Positions 33,520 through 47,358 of a DNA stretch of 64,000 nucleotides are shown piece by piece (within the stretch, counting starts at the first letter, position 1; each line of letters begins with the position of its first letter). Location of the stretch: positions 808,001-872,000 of the forward strand of contig MU057724.1 of NCBI GenBank assembly GCA_013265495.1, in the 5' to 3' direction. The notes beneath the pieces are model-generated. The model did not search any database and was not told where the DNA came from. It saw only the letters and a program-made list of their open reading frames with translations. The stretch comes from Vicugna vicugna. Its lineage: Eukaryota. Position numbers and translations under genes: made by a program.

Positions 33520-36500
33520 AGAGAAAAAGGAGGAAGGGAGTCAGCAAGGAGATAAGACGTCCACTCCTTGAACTATTTCCAGGAGCACGTTGATGTCCTT
33601 CGCACAGATTTTCATCCCAGAGAAAGGTACTGAGTATTTGTGGACGGCAGAGCGAAAGGCCCCAGAGACTCCTGCAGACAAGCCCCTGAAGCCTGCGAGG
33701 ACAGCGAGGTCGCTGGACGGGCCCCGTGTGATCCCGGGAGAGGGAGGCAGAGGCCGGGGCAGGAGAAGGGCTCCGGGACCCGTGGCCGGCTTGAAGAGGG
33801 AGAGCCCTCGAGGAAAGTTCTGGAAGAAGCTGAAGCCTGCAGGTCTGGGGGGCTTGGAAGAGGACCCCAACCTGAAAGGAGAGAGGCTTCCCCGCCCCCG
33901 TCTCAGTCTTGGCCCTGGGAGACCCTGGGCAGAGAGTCCACCACTCCGGGCCGGGCTTCTGGCCAAGGGTAAGGAAAGCTCGTAAGTGGCTATTGTTCTA
34001 AGACACTAAGTGCATGGGGATTTGTGGGGGCAACATCAAAAAATTAATACAACCTTTAGACTGGTGTCTGCACGTGTGTTACACCACGGAGTGCGTACAG
34101 ACAGACGGGCGGCCAGACGCTGCCGCATGGGCTCGGTCACTTGTGCGGCGGATGGAGTGTCCCCAGGGCCCCGGGGGGACACCTGACCTGTGCGTGACAG
34201 GACTCGGGACCGGTTCTGTCAGTTCTGCGTTGACTGGCTTATTCCGTGGGGAAATTCACCCCATGCACAGTTTCACTTTACACAGTTCCGTCTCATAATA
34301 ATGCAACAACCTCAGGCTTATTCTGGATGTGGTCTCCCGCAGCTGGCCCGGCTACTATGCCGCAAGCCCCACGCTGCCTGCTGTGCGTGTGTCTAAAGAC
34401 GCGACACACTGCTGCTGCTTTCCACGTGGCCCTGGGCCCCACGCGGACAAGCGCTTTGAAAGCTGGGGACGTGCTTTTACCTGCATTTCACCCCAGCACC
34501 TTTCATGGTGATGTGTTCAACATCTATTTAATTCATTATTAAAATTGTGTAATTAATGAACAATTGCATTTTATACTGTATTAGCTATTAAAGTGTCTCT
34601 CCCTTCTGTGTCTCTCCATAAAAGCATTTCTGTGTGTGTTTTTCAGTCCTTAATTCTTGGAAATCATGTTTTTCCTAGACCGATTGTTGTAAGTTCTTTT
34701 TAAAAATAGAAATTTTGAGGATTCCAATATGAGAAAAAATAAATTGACTTTATAATAATGGATCACATTAGAAGAGTATTTGCTTTTTCATATCACGTAG
34801 TCTTACCAAGTCTCTTCTCTTGAAATTTGAACATTTAACATGTAACAGATTTTCAGAGATTACTAAGTGAAATGCTTTAACTTTTGTTTCAAAGAAAATT
34901 ATTCTATAGTGATGAAAAGATAATCAAAATCACTAATCGTTGTTTTACATTTATACTATTCAAAGGGATCTAGCTCGAATGAGAGAGCTGGGTAGATGCA
35001 TTTAGCATTAAAATGCCTAAGATGCTTCCAGAATATTGAAACAATTGTCAATCACTTACAGATGTCTCGTTTTCATAACCACAGTTTTCTGCAGATATGA
35101 CGCTGTCATGTGCACACTGTCACAGTCTGCATCACCCGGCTGACACAGGGAACAGCTCCTGGAGCAAAATGAATGTCTTCAGACTCTCAGAGGACGGCTT
35201 CCCCCTTGTGCAGTCAATCATCTGATGGAATTTAAGATTTTGGTTCTGGTAGGAGATTTGGACCAACATCAGGAAAGGCTGTAAGAGACACGGTCGGGTG
35301 ACATCACGGAGCAGAGCAGTAGGTGGGTGCCCGGTACCAACAAAGGGCGTGGGGACCACCTAACGTGAACCACACAGACGACTGACGCCTGCACAGGTGA
35401 GCTCTGCGCGTGCGAGTTAATGGACAGCAGTTTCTCCAGATGCTCTAGAATCGTGATGCGCCGTAGCTGTGTGTGTGTGGGGGTACCAGCACCTCTCCTG
35501 AGCGGATGTGTATGTAATCAGTGCGGTTATGTCTGATATAAAACTAGGTCACATGCGGCGTGCGTGGCTGTGGCCGTGCATTCTCCCTCCAAAGCCTTCC
35601 TCACCCCACATGTCCAGTCCCTTCCCCGTGACTTCACCGTTCCTCCCACGCAAAGTGGAGTGCACGTCCCAGTCACAGTGGTGGGTGAGTCCATTTTGTC
35701 CGGGAGATGTTAGCAGACATGACAGGAGGGAAGGGTCGGTCCCCACCTGCCCTCAGCCTGGGGAGGACCCGCATCACTGTCTCGGGTGCCTGGAGGCACG
35801 GGAGGCACCCTGCCCCACCTGCGGCGGCCCCAGCCCAGCCCTGGTCGGCCCCCTGCGGACACACCTGGCGTAGCCAGCACAGACGGCAGCGCGGGGGCAC
35901 CTGAGCTTTGGATCGGTTTGTTATGCAGAGTTATTATGACAACGAATGATAAGATGCTTTCCAAAGAAATTAAATACAGGTATGTTTCCAGGGTTCCCAA
36001 GTACCCAAGGCCCACGCAGGTGACGCTGACACGGGGGGCTCCTTCACGTGGCTCCACTGTGGCCGTGTCAAACCTCCCCTGGGCGCTCTGCGGTCTGCGT
36101 GCCGCCCTGTCTTCCCCGCAGGTGAGCAAGTGAAAGCAGTTCTGGGGGCAACATGGAAAGAAGGTGCAGGCACACACGCAACTGAGGTTCCCGACACGTC
36201 CTCCCTTGTCCTGGAAGCACAGCGCTGCCGTTCGTAGTCTTGTCACACAGCGTAGTTACCAGCAGGCACTCGCTCGGATTTTTCTACCAAGATAAACATT
36301 CAAGAAAAACAGCTAGGAGGAGGCACATCTGAACCATCTGCGAAGGCACCAGACAGGGCCCACCGTCAGCTGTCAGCACCGACTGGAGAGCCTGTCGCCA
36401 GGGCAGGGGGCGCTCGCAAACAGGCTCCCGCAGGTGTTGCCGGCAGAGCTGCATGCTCTGCTGTTTCCATCTGCTGTGATTTCGTAAGTCAAATATTTCT

Positions 36501-37629
36501 CTTCCCAAGTGTTTCATGACTTGTATTTTGTTTCCTCCCTTGAATCAGTTACACCACCCAGAAAGACAAAGATGGCCAGGCTAGTCAGGTCAAACGAGTC
36601 TCGTTGGCGACACAGGAAATGCGTGTCATTAGCTGAACAGGTCGTTAGCGGTCCTGTGATTCTGCAGTTTGTGCCTCAAAAATGTAAGTGACGAGAATGC
36701 TTGGGACCAGAGTTTTAGGTTTTGCATGAACGGTTGTTGCTAAAGGCAAAACATGGAAATTCCAAAGCGAAAATAAGAGACGGTTATGAGTAAATCATGG
36801 TTAACCAATTAAACCTCAGTCATTATCATTGTAACCAACGCTATTCTAGAATTTTACTGTTTCTTTTTCTGTACTTTCATAAATGCACAGTATATTTAAA
36901 TTTGCCTTTTTCTTTGCAAGATAGCTTTTGCCCACGCTTGTATAATATTAGCTTAGAAAAACAGCTGAAATGTGACTGAAATAAATTGTGCATATAATAT
37001 ATATAGACAGACAGAGAGAGAGACAGGAGCCGAGAGCGCCAGCCTTGGAAGTGAAGCGGGGTCGCCCGGTCACCTCCCCCAGTCTGTTTGTGCTGTTGCT
37101 TATTTAATTTTCCTCTTCACACATTGCCTAGTACCACGCCTTTAATCAGATGAATTAATTTAGATATTTCAGCTACTTTTCTGTTTCAAGTGTTTATAAC
37201 TATATCACGTCTTTTTTTCATGATGAAAAAGAGCTTTATTGTTTTCAAGTTATAAAATGAATACACAGTCTTTTAAAACATTTGGGACAATATTGGAAAT
37301 GAAGAAGGAAAAATAAAAATACTCCACAACAGTGTATAAAACACTGGAAAAGTCATCAACTTGGTGCTTAACCTCAGAGTGGCTGGTAACTTCTAAGTGG
37401 ACCATGACACCCGGGAAGAAGTGTAAACGGGCCAGGTTACTTTAATCCCCCTCAAGTCCCTTCCCCTCAGCATGGGGGTGTCGCCCTCCATCCCTCTGGG
37501 GGTCAGCGACGTTCCTCCTCTCCGCGGAGGCGTTCCCGCAGGTTTGAGAAGCTGAGGTGACTGCCGCCAGCGTCCGCGTGTGCAGAGGCTTTGCTACTTA
37601 TTCTGCCAGCATCTGCCTTTCGACCGAGG

Positions 37630-38035
37630 AGCTCAGTCTGTTTATGTTCAGTTACCGGCGAGGCAGGGTCTGTGTCTGCTGTCCGTATGTCTTACATGAT
37701 TTTTTGGTACCTCTGTTTTCTCAACGCCACCCTCTTATGTGTTAAATACAGATTTCCCAGTATATCCTTGCTTTTCCCTTTTACTATATTTTTGAGTGAT
37801 TTTCTAGTAGTTTCTCTGGAGATAAGAATTAACATCTTAACTTAACAACTGGGTTTTAATGAGCACAAATTTGATTTCAATAGTACACGAAAACCTTCTC
37901 TCCGGTATAGTTTTGTTCCACACCCCCTCCTTTGTGCAATTTTGGTCACACAAATTACCTTTTTATGTATTGTAACCCTATCAAAGCAGCTTTACAGTTA
38001 TTACTTCATGCGGTTATCTTTGAAGTCTGATAAGA
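37630..38035 (-). mobile_element. Old L1M internal fragment
   Basis: attaacatcttaac...atttcaatagtacacgaaaac...cctttgtgcaattttggtcacacaaattac; homologous to 43100-43430. Confidence 0.65.
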
Positions 38036-38737
38036 AACATTATCTGGGCTGAGGCTGAAAAGGAGACTAGGTGAGGGACCGTCAGTGAAAACAAAGCAGG
38101 TGCGGATTATGGCCAGGATTCATAAGGTCAAAATTCTCACATAGAGGAGGCAACGGGATACTGAGAAACCAGAACCATGAAAAGCATCCCGCTATACTAT
38201 ATTCACCTTTTTTAAGCCTTAATTTCACCTTCCACCTGAGATCCCTTGATTAATTTCTTTTCCTCATCCGCTTTTTTCATACTGTACTTCAAGGCTGAAG
38301 TCATATTTGGATTCATCTTCCCCATAAAATTAAAATACAAAAACCCATGCTAATTTTAAAAAACATGAAGAGATACAAGAGTCAATTAATTAATTACTAC
38401 CAGAGTCTTTGGTAGATCATGATTCTTTCCCTAAATGCACAATTCAGGCAGCAGGCTAAGGATATAGGCTGCAGACCTGATGAGACACGGTTGTCTAAGT
38501 CAGACAAATGGCTACACGCATGCGTAGCACTTATCAAAGAGTGAACACACGGGTGTGATCACACTTCAACTTACAGACTGAGAGTTTGTCAATTTTTCTC
38601 CATTAAAGCAGGACTATGCTCTCTACATGAATTCATATAAAACCAGTCACTTTGTGAACTTTTAGAAATACAAGAAAACCTTCTTGCACTTAGGAGTTAA
38701 TTGAACCAATTAACCATCTTTCACAAATAACTGTACC

Positions 38738-39149
38738 GGGTGAAAAGGGAACCTTCCTGCACTGCTGGAGGGAATGTTAATCGGTGTAGCCATTGTGGAA
38801 AACAGTATGGCGGTGCCTCCAAAAACTATAACTAGAACTTACCACATGATCCAACAATCCCACCCCCAGATACATATCTGGAGAGAACTCTGATTTGAAA
38901 AGATACATGCACCCCAGTGTTCACAGCAGCACTACATACAACAGCCAAGACATGGAAGCAGCCTAAGTGTCCATCAAAGGATGACTGGAGGAAGAAGCTG
39001 TGGTATATTTATACAATGGAATACTACTCAGCCACGAAAAAGAATAAAACAATGCCATTTGCATCAACATGGATGGACCTAGAGATTATCATGCTAAGTG
39101 AAGCCAGACAAAGAAAGATAAATATACGATATCACTTGTATGTGGAATC
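38738..39149 (+). mobile_element. L1 ORF2 C-terminal fragment lacking 3'UTR and polyA
   Basis: FTAALHTTAKTWKQPKCPSKDDWRKKLWYIYTMEYYSA. Confidence 0.9.
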
Positions 39150-40941
39150 CCCCTCAATAGCCGCATGTAACTGCCTCATTTCATGCGGGTCCCAGATAAG
39201 ATGTCACTTTAAAGCACCACACGCCGGAGATCTCTGTTTCTGGTAGCTGAACTCCTCCAGCCTGAAGGGTAAAAGAGAACTCTAAAATTCAGTAGGCACC
39301 ATTCATTGTCTGCTGGCTCCCAGGATCACCATTTTGCGGAGGACTGTGAACCACTAGAGGGCAGGAACTTAGCCATGTTAACAGCAAATCATAATACACA
39401 CCTACATCTGGCCATCCTTTAATCGGCGTTTGTTGTTCTAATTTTCAAAGTGCACCTGCACAATTGCTTGAGACCTGAAGCAATTATTTCACAAAACACG
39501 GAAGACCTGAGGAAAGAAACCTCCCTGATATCGTCAAGGACAAATTGCTGCAGGGCGCCTTCCCAGTCACAGCCCTTCCTGAGCAACTGCCTTGACGTGG
39601 CTTTTTAATTATTCTTCTCGCCTCACAATAGAAGGAGGTAATTACAGCTCTTGCTCTTAATTACAAGAGCCTCGCCCCTTGCATCTGGTCCTGCTCTGTC
39701 TCTAACGCAGTGAACCACAGCTTTTGCTGAGAAAACCTTGTTGGGAACCAGAGCCTTTGTTTCATTTTCCTAACAAGTTATCTGAAAAAAAAAAAATCCG
39801 TGCAACCTGCAGGCTTCTCAGAATGGACGTCATCCACCGCCCTTGCAATCGTCTTGTGCTCCAGCATCTTCCTTGGAGAGGGGTTAGAATGAAGAGCCAC
39901 AACAAGACCCCTCTGGTGTTAATTTTTCTTTCTTTGCTTTTGTTTTCAGTATTTGATGGAGGGAAATTTGGGTGTCACCCTAAATATGACACAGGCATGA
40001 GTCTGCTGCATGACTTCTTTTTATTTTTCCCTTTGAATATCAGAGTCACCTCTTAGCACGTTCAAAGCCTAATTTAGTGTCTTCCTCCCCAGACGTGCCT
40101 CTTCCTGTCTGCGATCCCTCTTCAGAATTTGGCTGCCACAAAACTTTCCAGCCTTGAGTGTTGCTTCCTCACTCTCCCCCACCCCCGCTCCACCTGCTCC
40201 CCCGAAGGGGTCTGCTCACTGCTCCTGAACACGGCACATCCTTCCTGGACGGGCGGGGATGGCTGACGAGCCGGCAAACTCTGTCAGGGCCACAGCAAAT
40301 CTTTATCGTGATGAGGGATGGGCCCAGGATGAAGATTCTTGCCTCTGTGGTGTGAACCCACCACTGACACCAGAGAAGGGAGGCCCAGGCTTTCTTATCA
40401 GCTTTCCCAGATACTGGGCATAAAGGGAAGAGGACGGATGAGGCTTAAAAGCTGTCAGCAGTCAAACATCAAAAAATGGAGCCAGACACTTTATTGCAGC
40501 TTTAAAGAAAGCAGTTACTGAAATGATAGCAAAAGAAACCATAAGCGCGCCTAGCATTACAGTAAACGCTGCACCAGCAGGGAGAGAAAAATGTGATGCT
40601 CGATGGCTCAGATTTAAGTTCCGTGATTAGAGGCAATTTCCCCAGAATCAGTGACTTTCAGAGGTATGCACAGAAATGTTTTTGATTGGTTTTTTATGAC
40701 TTCCAGGAAGCATGTTGCTACTGGAAGAAATAATAACACAAACACCAGAACTTCTCAAACCCGTTGCTGACATCTTGTGACGTCTCCGTCCTTTCCCAGA
40801 TTTCTTCCTTCCTCTGCAGCCTCTCCCTCTTTCGTCATCTCCTGAACTGTCTCCTCTTCCTCTGAAACACCCCTCAGTATTTGAATGCCCCAGGGCTAGG
40901 TGTAGCCACACCTTTGTTTTTGAACTCCTCCTGTCTAGATG

Positions 40942-41185
40942 CGGGGTCGCCAAAATACAGCCCCTGGTCCAAATCCAGCCTGCCACCTGTTTTTGTATGG
41001 CCCACAAGCTGGGGATAGTTCTTCTATTTTAAATGGTGGGGAAAAAGTCAGCCAAGAACGGTATTGCATTACGCCTGAAACCAAAATGTCAGTGGCCACC
41101 AATGAAGTCTCGTCGGACACAGCTGTACCCCCTCATCCAGGGACTGCCTACTGCTGCTTTGCCTCTGCTGCCACAGACATGACAC
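40942..41185. mobile_element. MER58-like hAT-Charlie DNA transposon
   Basis: ggggtcgccaaaatacagcccctggtccaaatccagcctgccacctgtttttgtatggccc. Confidence 0.8.
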
Positions 41186-41189
41186 AAGG

Positions 41190-41585
41190 CGCTCTCATAG
41201 CCACACACAAGCCCCACCCCCCCGCCAATGTGTCGCCATCTTTTGAAGCAAAAGGCTTTTGCTTTAGTCTCCCAGACCTCCCCTGAGTCTCAAAAGGTTA
41301 GGTCAAGAGTGAATGACTAGAACACATAAACATGCAGAAACAAACAACTGCTCTGGGCCAGGAAACAGGTAACGGTTTAGACTATAAATGAGCCACATAA
41401 CAGCCACAGAACGCCCGGTTCCCAGACAGAGATAACGAGGTCTGACACACACTCCTCACCCCAGACCCAGACCGGCTGAGACCAGAAGGCTGATGACAGT
41501 GACTCCCGATGAGCTCACTGCCAACCAATCAGAAGGTCCCCGAGCTGACCAGGCACCTGGCAGCCCCCTAATGCTGCCTGAAAAC
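41190..41585 (+). mobile_element. ERV LTR fragment
   Basis: tgtgtcgccatcttttgaag...ctgagaccagaaggctgatg...ccaaccaatcagaag (CCAAT box); truncated by the adjacent L1. Confidence 0.55.
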
Positions 41586-42655
41586 CACAGAAAAAACTGG
41601 ACCTCTATCTTACATCATACAGAAATATCAACTCAAAATGGTTAAAGACTTAACAGGAGACCCGAAACCACAAAACTCCTAGAAGGAAACATAGGCAGTT
41701 TGCTCTCTGATGTTAGTCTTGGCTGTATTTGTTTTGGATCTGTCTCCTCAGACAAGGGAAACAAAAGCAAAAGTAAACAAAAGGGACTACATCAAACTAA
41801 AGAACTTTTGCACAGGGAAGGAAACCATCAGCAAAACAAAGCGGCCACTTCCTAAATGTAGGAAGGTATTTGTAAACACTATATCCAATGAAGGGTTAAT
41901 ATCCAAAGTACACAGAGAACTCATACAACTCAACATCAAAAAGCAAGCAATCCACTTAAAAAATGGGCCGAGGACCTGAATAGACATTTTTCCAAAGACG
42001 ACATTCAGATGGCCAACAGGCACACGAGAAGACGCTCGGCATCACTAAGCATCAGGGAAATGCAAACCAGAACCACGATGAAATATCCCCTCTCACCTGT
42101 CAGAGTGGCTGTTGCCAAAAAGACAGCAAGAAACAGGCGTTGACAAGTTTGTGGGAAAAGGGAACCCTTGTACGTTGTTGGTTGGAACGTCAATTGGTGC
42201 GGCCGCTGTGGAAAACAATATGGAGGAAAAAAATTATAAATAGAACTACCATACAATCCAGAAATTTAACTCCTGGATATATAGCCTAGGAAATAAAAAG
42301 CACTGAATTGGAAAGTTATATGGATCCAAAGTTCTTAGCAGGACTATTTACAAAAGCCAAAATATGGAAGTGACTCGAGTGTCCATTAACAGATGGATAA
42401 AGAAGAGGGAGCTATTGGAACTATTACTCAGCCATAAAAAAGATGAAATCTTGCCATCTGTGACAACATGGATGCACCTAGACGGTATTACGCTGAGTGA
42501 CATAAGTCAGACAGAGAAAGACGTATCTCTGGGGAAGAGGGGTGGAAAGAAATAGGTGAGGGAGATTAGGAGGTCAGACTTCCAGTTACAAAATAAATGA
42601 GTCACAGGTATGAAATGTAAGCATGTGGAGAATATTGTAACCAATCACTGTACAG
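41586..42655 (+). mobile_element. L1 ORF2 3' portion + 3'UTR (L1MA-like)
   Basis: [28 protein letters not shown]...[14 protein letters not shown]1 ORF2 homology. Confidence 0.92.
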
Positions 42656-42669
42656 AATTAAATCCTCTG

Positions 42670-43700
42670 TGTTTTCACTGAATAAACTGTCTGGTAACAA
42701 TTTCATCTCCGATCCTCCTTCCACTCTGGTTTCAGAGCTCCCTGTTTGCAAACCAGGCTTACATGCACAATAAACTCTTTCTATATACTTAGAATGTATG
42801 TTTTTGTTGCTGCATTTTTCATGGGATTTCATGCTCTCAGATACTCGTATACCTTCCAGCTCTTTTTCCTTTGGTGCTTCTTCATTCATCCTTTTACTGC
42901 TTTTATATATAAACTATGTCTCTTGTAGGCAAGATTAGTTGGAGTGGGGTGTTTTCGTGGTTGTTGGTAACACTTCCTGCCAGTCCGTGCCTCTTGATTG
43001 GCGTGTTTAATCCCGTTGTGGGCGGTGTAAGCACCGTCAAGTCAGGATTTGCAGGTGCCGTGCTGCCACGTATGTTCTATATGTCATGCGTTTTCCCTTA
43101 GTTCTTTCTTGGCTGCCCTTTTTTATGTCAAATACAGAGATTCTTGTGAACCATCTTCATTCCCTTGGTTTCCTTGTACTCTGCTTTTCTGAGTTATTGT
43201 GGAAGTTGCCTTGAGGATTAAAATGAACATCTTATCTCAACTCAAGCAAGTTCGTATTAATACCAAGTTAATTTCAATAATATACAGACAATTTGTTGTG
43301 ATATGGCTTTGTTCCTAATCCCATCATTATTGCTATTTGTCATGCAAATTATATCTTTAACAACATAAAACTATCAACACGCATTTGTAATCATTGCTTT
43401 ATGCAATTATCTTTTAAATTATTTTGGAGAAGAAACGCACTGCAGCCCGCATGCATTTGTCCTGTCTCATATTTACCCACACGGTTCTTTCCCAGTGGCC
43501 TGATTTCTTCATTTGGATTTGAGTTTCTCTCCAGTGGATTTTCTCCAGCCTGAAGTGCCCCTTTATTGTTCTCGCAAGGCAGGTCTGCTCTGTTTTTGTT
43601 TACCTGGGATTGTCTCAATTTCTTCTTCATTTTTGAAGAATAGTTTTGCTGGATGTAGGATTCAAAATCTCGCATGTATTTCAGCAATCGCTTGTTAAAC
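42670..43700 (-). mobile_element. Old L1M internal (ORF1/inter-ORF) fragment
   Basis: cttcatttttgaagaatagttttgctggatgtaggattc; ORF1-like YIQQNYSSKMKKKLR on minus strand. Confidence 0.75.
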
Positions 43701-44506
43701 ACAGCATATTATCTTCTCCTTCGCAGTTGTCATTCTCTGAAATTGCTTCAGAAGTCAGTTCCACCTGCTCGGTTGTAGTTACTTATCTAAACATGGGAAA
43801 TGATTCGTTACTCATTTCTTACTTTTCCCCAAAGATTGTGCATAACTAACACCATGTAGATGGGCAGGAAAAAAGTGAATCTGCTGCATACAATTTACGT
43901 CATGGGGCTCTAGGGGTTTTTGTGAGGCCCCACGGAGAGAAGCTGGCTGAGCGTGCATCAGGAGTGAAGACACGGCCTCAGGGAAAGCAGCGCCACTTCT
44001 GACTTGGTTTTCAGCGTAACTTTAGGACCTAAAATAGTGTCTGGGCCACATTAGGCACCAAAGGAATACTTCCGGTGCTCATGAAAGATTATTTCTGTTT
44101 TGGCCTCTATTAGTTTCAAGTGGACAGAAATAGTTATTATAATTACAGTTTGATTTCCTTTCAATATTAAAAAAATGAAAGAAGAAAAAAATAATTAAGT
44201 CTTTGGAACAGAGTTGCAAAAACTGGCCGTAAGTAAGTACCCATCGCAGACGCTGCCCGCTGCCCGCTGGACCCCCTCCTCTTACTCCTAGCTGAGCAGC
44301 AGCCACGTTTCGTCGGCCCCTGGCAGGTCTGGGCTGTCACGTCGCATGTTCCAGACCTCAGTCCCCCTGGTTCCACCTCTAGGCTGCAGGGCTTCCAGGA
44401 AGCAACTCTTCGATTGACAAAAAGAAACTGGCTCAACTGGCTCCCAGTTTTCTGTCTTATTCTTGCCCTCGTCTTCCCTACTTTGTTTTGTTTTTAATCT
44501 TTGTGC

Positions 44507-44740
44507 TTTTTTTTAATTGAAGTGGAGTCACTTTACAATGTTGCGTCAGTTTCTGGTGCACAGCGTCATGTTTCAGTCATACATGTACACTCGTATATTC
44601 CTTTTCATGCTGTTTTTCATTATAGGTTACTACAAGATGCTGCGTATAGTTCCCTGTGCTAGACAGTAGAACATTGCCCTTTATTTTTTATATAGTCATT
44701 AGTATCTGCAAATCTTGAACTGCCAATTGACCCCTTCCGT
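44507..44740 (-). mobile_element. Camelid L1 3' end
   Basis: tttttttaattgaagtggagtcactttacaatgttgcg...tagttccctgtgct. Confidence 0.88.
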
Positions 44741-45069
44741 TGTTCTTGCTCTGAAGGCAGCTGTAATTTAATCAATAAGAAACAGAGAAGAGCACAGATT
44801 AGGGTAGAGGGGAGAGGGTGCCCCTCTCCCCCCACCCCCCGTCCAAGGACTGAGTCCTGGTGACGTTTCTGTGCTGCCAAACCCTGGCATCAAACCTTCA
44901 GTCGCTCAGCTTCGAAATTCCCCTCATGTGACATTGAAACAGGAAAACTGTCCTGTGTGACTGTGCTGCTCACCTCGGCTTCAGCAGAACCTGGGACGAG
45001 GGAAACGTTCACTCCAAGTGTCATTGGCCTAAGACAGTCCTGTCCAGGGCTCATAATTGGGTTTTACGA

Positions 45070-45200
45070 AGTCTGCAATCTCTTTGAAATAGCGATTTCC
45101 CCGAGGAAACTGAAACACAGAATGGATGAGAATAACTTGCCTAACCTTACACAGCTGGTGCAAAGACCAGAGCTGAAAGAAGTCAGGTGTCCCAGCCCCT
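45070..45200 (-). mobile_element. MIR SINE
   Basis: gaggaaactgaaacacaga...taacttgcctaaccttacacagctggt. Confidence 0.7.
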
Positions 45201-45481
45201 TCCCTACTGTCTACTTATTATATGTTTCATCTGATAGGAGAAAATGACTACGTTCTTATTTGCACTTTTATGAATAAACATCCCTGGGCATTTATTCACT
45301 CTATGTCATCTTTGATTTCACATATATTTACAGAAATGGATTGGCTACTTGTTTTGAAGCATGTTATTTCTAGAATTTCTCATAAATTGCATAAACTCCA
45401 ACTGTAAGTGAAAGAAGTTGGAAAAAACCTGAACTGAAATGAGACATACTCACATGTGTCCCCAGAACTCACTGGGAAAGA

Positions 45482-45657
45482 GGGGGACGGTACAGCTCAG
45501 TGGTGGAGCACACACCTAGCACGCACAAGGCCCTGAGTTCAATGCCCAGCATCGCCATCAGAAGACAAATACGTCGAATTACCTCCCCTCAACAGAAGTA
45601 AAAAATCAAATAAATAAAAATAAATGTAATAAAAATTTAAAAATTAAATTAAAAAAA
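45482..45657 (+). mobile_element. Full-length camelid tRNA-derived SINE (Vic-1-like)
   Basis: A-box cagctcagtgg, B-box gagttcaatgc, A-rich tail; 18-bp TSD agaactcactgggaaaga (45464-45481) / agaattcattgggaaaga (45658-45675). Confidence 0.92.
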
Positions 45658-47295
45658 AGAATTCATTGGGAAAGAAAACAGATGTATTGGAAAGGAGCTA
45701 AAACCAGGGATACTGGTGAAGACATCATAATACATCTTGATGCCTGAGGTGGATGTGCCAGGGCTGGTTCCCGCCCGGGTCCCCCATCTGCTAGGCAAGG
45801 GGGGTCATCCCGGTCCCCACCGTCTCGCTGTTGGGCAGGGCTGTGTGAATCGTTCTGGCCAGTGGTGATGAGAGCAGATGCTACACTTCCTCCTGGGCTG
45901 AGGCATTTAAGAGCCGGCACGGGACCCCGCAGTCCAGCCGTGCACTCAGTGCCACACCGTGAAACTCTGCTGTGGGGAAAGTGCCTGGAGCCCTGGGGTC
46001 CTCTGGGAACCCCCAGCACCTCCACGCATAATATCGAGTGTTCATGTAGAGTTACAGCCACCGGAACAAGGCAGAGTGACTGCAGATACAGACCTTGTGC
46101 CGCAAATGAGTTCTAACTCCATGTCCCAAACGATCGGTCTGCCTCCGAACAGGAAACTGAAACATTATTCATTATGACAAATTTAAATACTGCAGTTGCT
46201 TGGAGTATTAAATAGGCAGATTTTGCATGCAAAATTAAGAATGCATATTTTTTATTTTTCACGGCGCTTTGCCCTTGTTGCATTTCCTGCTCTTTAAATG
46301 TATAGCTCTGACAGCAGGAACAAAGACTGAATCCTAAAAATGGAGCTGTTCCCTGGCCGCAGCCCACACTAAGCATCTACAGCAGAGCGATCATTATGTG
46401 AGCATAGAAAATGCCATCGCCTGATGACTCCAGCTGTCAGTCTCGGCCGTTTAATAAACATTTCCACATCATTCATTTTTAATTTACTGAAAAAGTTTGA
46501 CCCTCCACAGGCTCCCAAACCATTAAATGTTTATGAAGTTACTGTCTCAAGATCTTTGCTCCTGTGATTTACTTCTATTTAGCCGAGAGACAGAGGGAGG
46601 GGAGGGGAGGGGAGGGGTCACAGTATCACTCAGATGCCAAGATCCATTTACACTGGTGTGTTCCAGATATTCTGCCTGCTTGAAAATCCTTTTCTGATGT
46701 CTCATGAAGTTAATACTGTTTAAAGCCTTTAGTAATTTGGGAGCATTTTAGGGAGTCATAGCTTCGAAGAGGGATTTTTGGATAAAAATAAAGACCAGAT
46801 CTGTTTTCAGGGGCAGGAAGTATTTCAGATGTGGATGAGATTCATTTGTTTCCTAAACGTATGACTGGGGAGTTATGGAAGGGAGTCATCACGCCTGTCA
46901 TCACTCACTTGGGTCCTCTGGCTTTCCTCCGCCTCATCTCACAAGTCACGTTGGGTTATTCTCCAAGTAACAGCGAGGCTATTTTTAATTCACAGTGTCC
47001 GGCTACTCACAAGTTTATGCTAAATCGTGGGTTTAAGGCTTGGATTGCTCAGCCCAGAAAACAGGCAGAGCTCCTGTAAGGCTCTCCTATGCACGGCGGT
47101 GGTTGAGCTGAACTTGGATTAGAATATCTGACTCTCAGTCATGTGTAAGTTAACACACTCCACCTCTCAAGGGCAGAATGAAGCTGGTGTCTTATAGAAA
47201 CTTGTGACTATGATTCTTAACCAGAAAAAATAAAATGATATGTGGTAGGAAAACATATTTCGCAGTAGAGAATGCCTATTAAGTCTGTTTGAAAT

Positions 47296-47296
47296 A

Positions 47297-47350
<54 letters not shown>
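47296..47350. repeat. (TG)n(TA)n compound microsatellite
   Basis: directly visible. Confidence 0.97.
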
Positions 47351-47353
<3 letters not shown>

Positions 47354-47358
47354 AGATC

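Noticed and set aside
37630..43430. Similarity between 37740-38030 and 43120-43430 as a local duplication
   Set aside because: Both are diverged copies of the same L1M segment; independent insertions explain it
45482..45560. tRNA-like sequence
   Set aside because: SINE head with an A-rich tail and TSDs, not a tRNA gene
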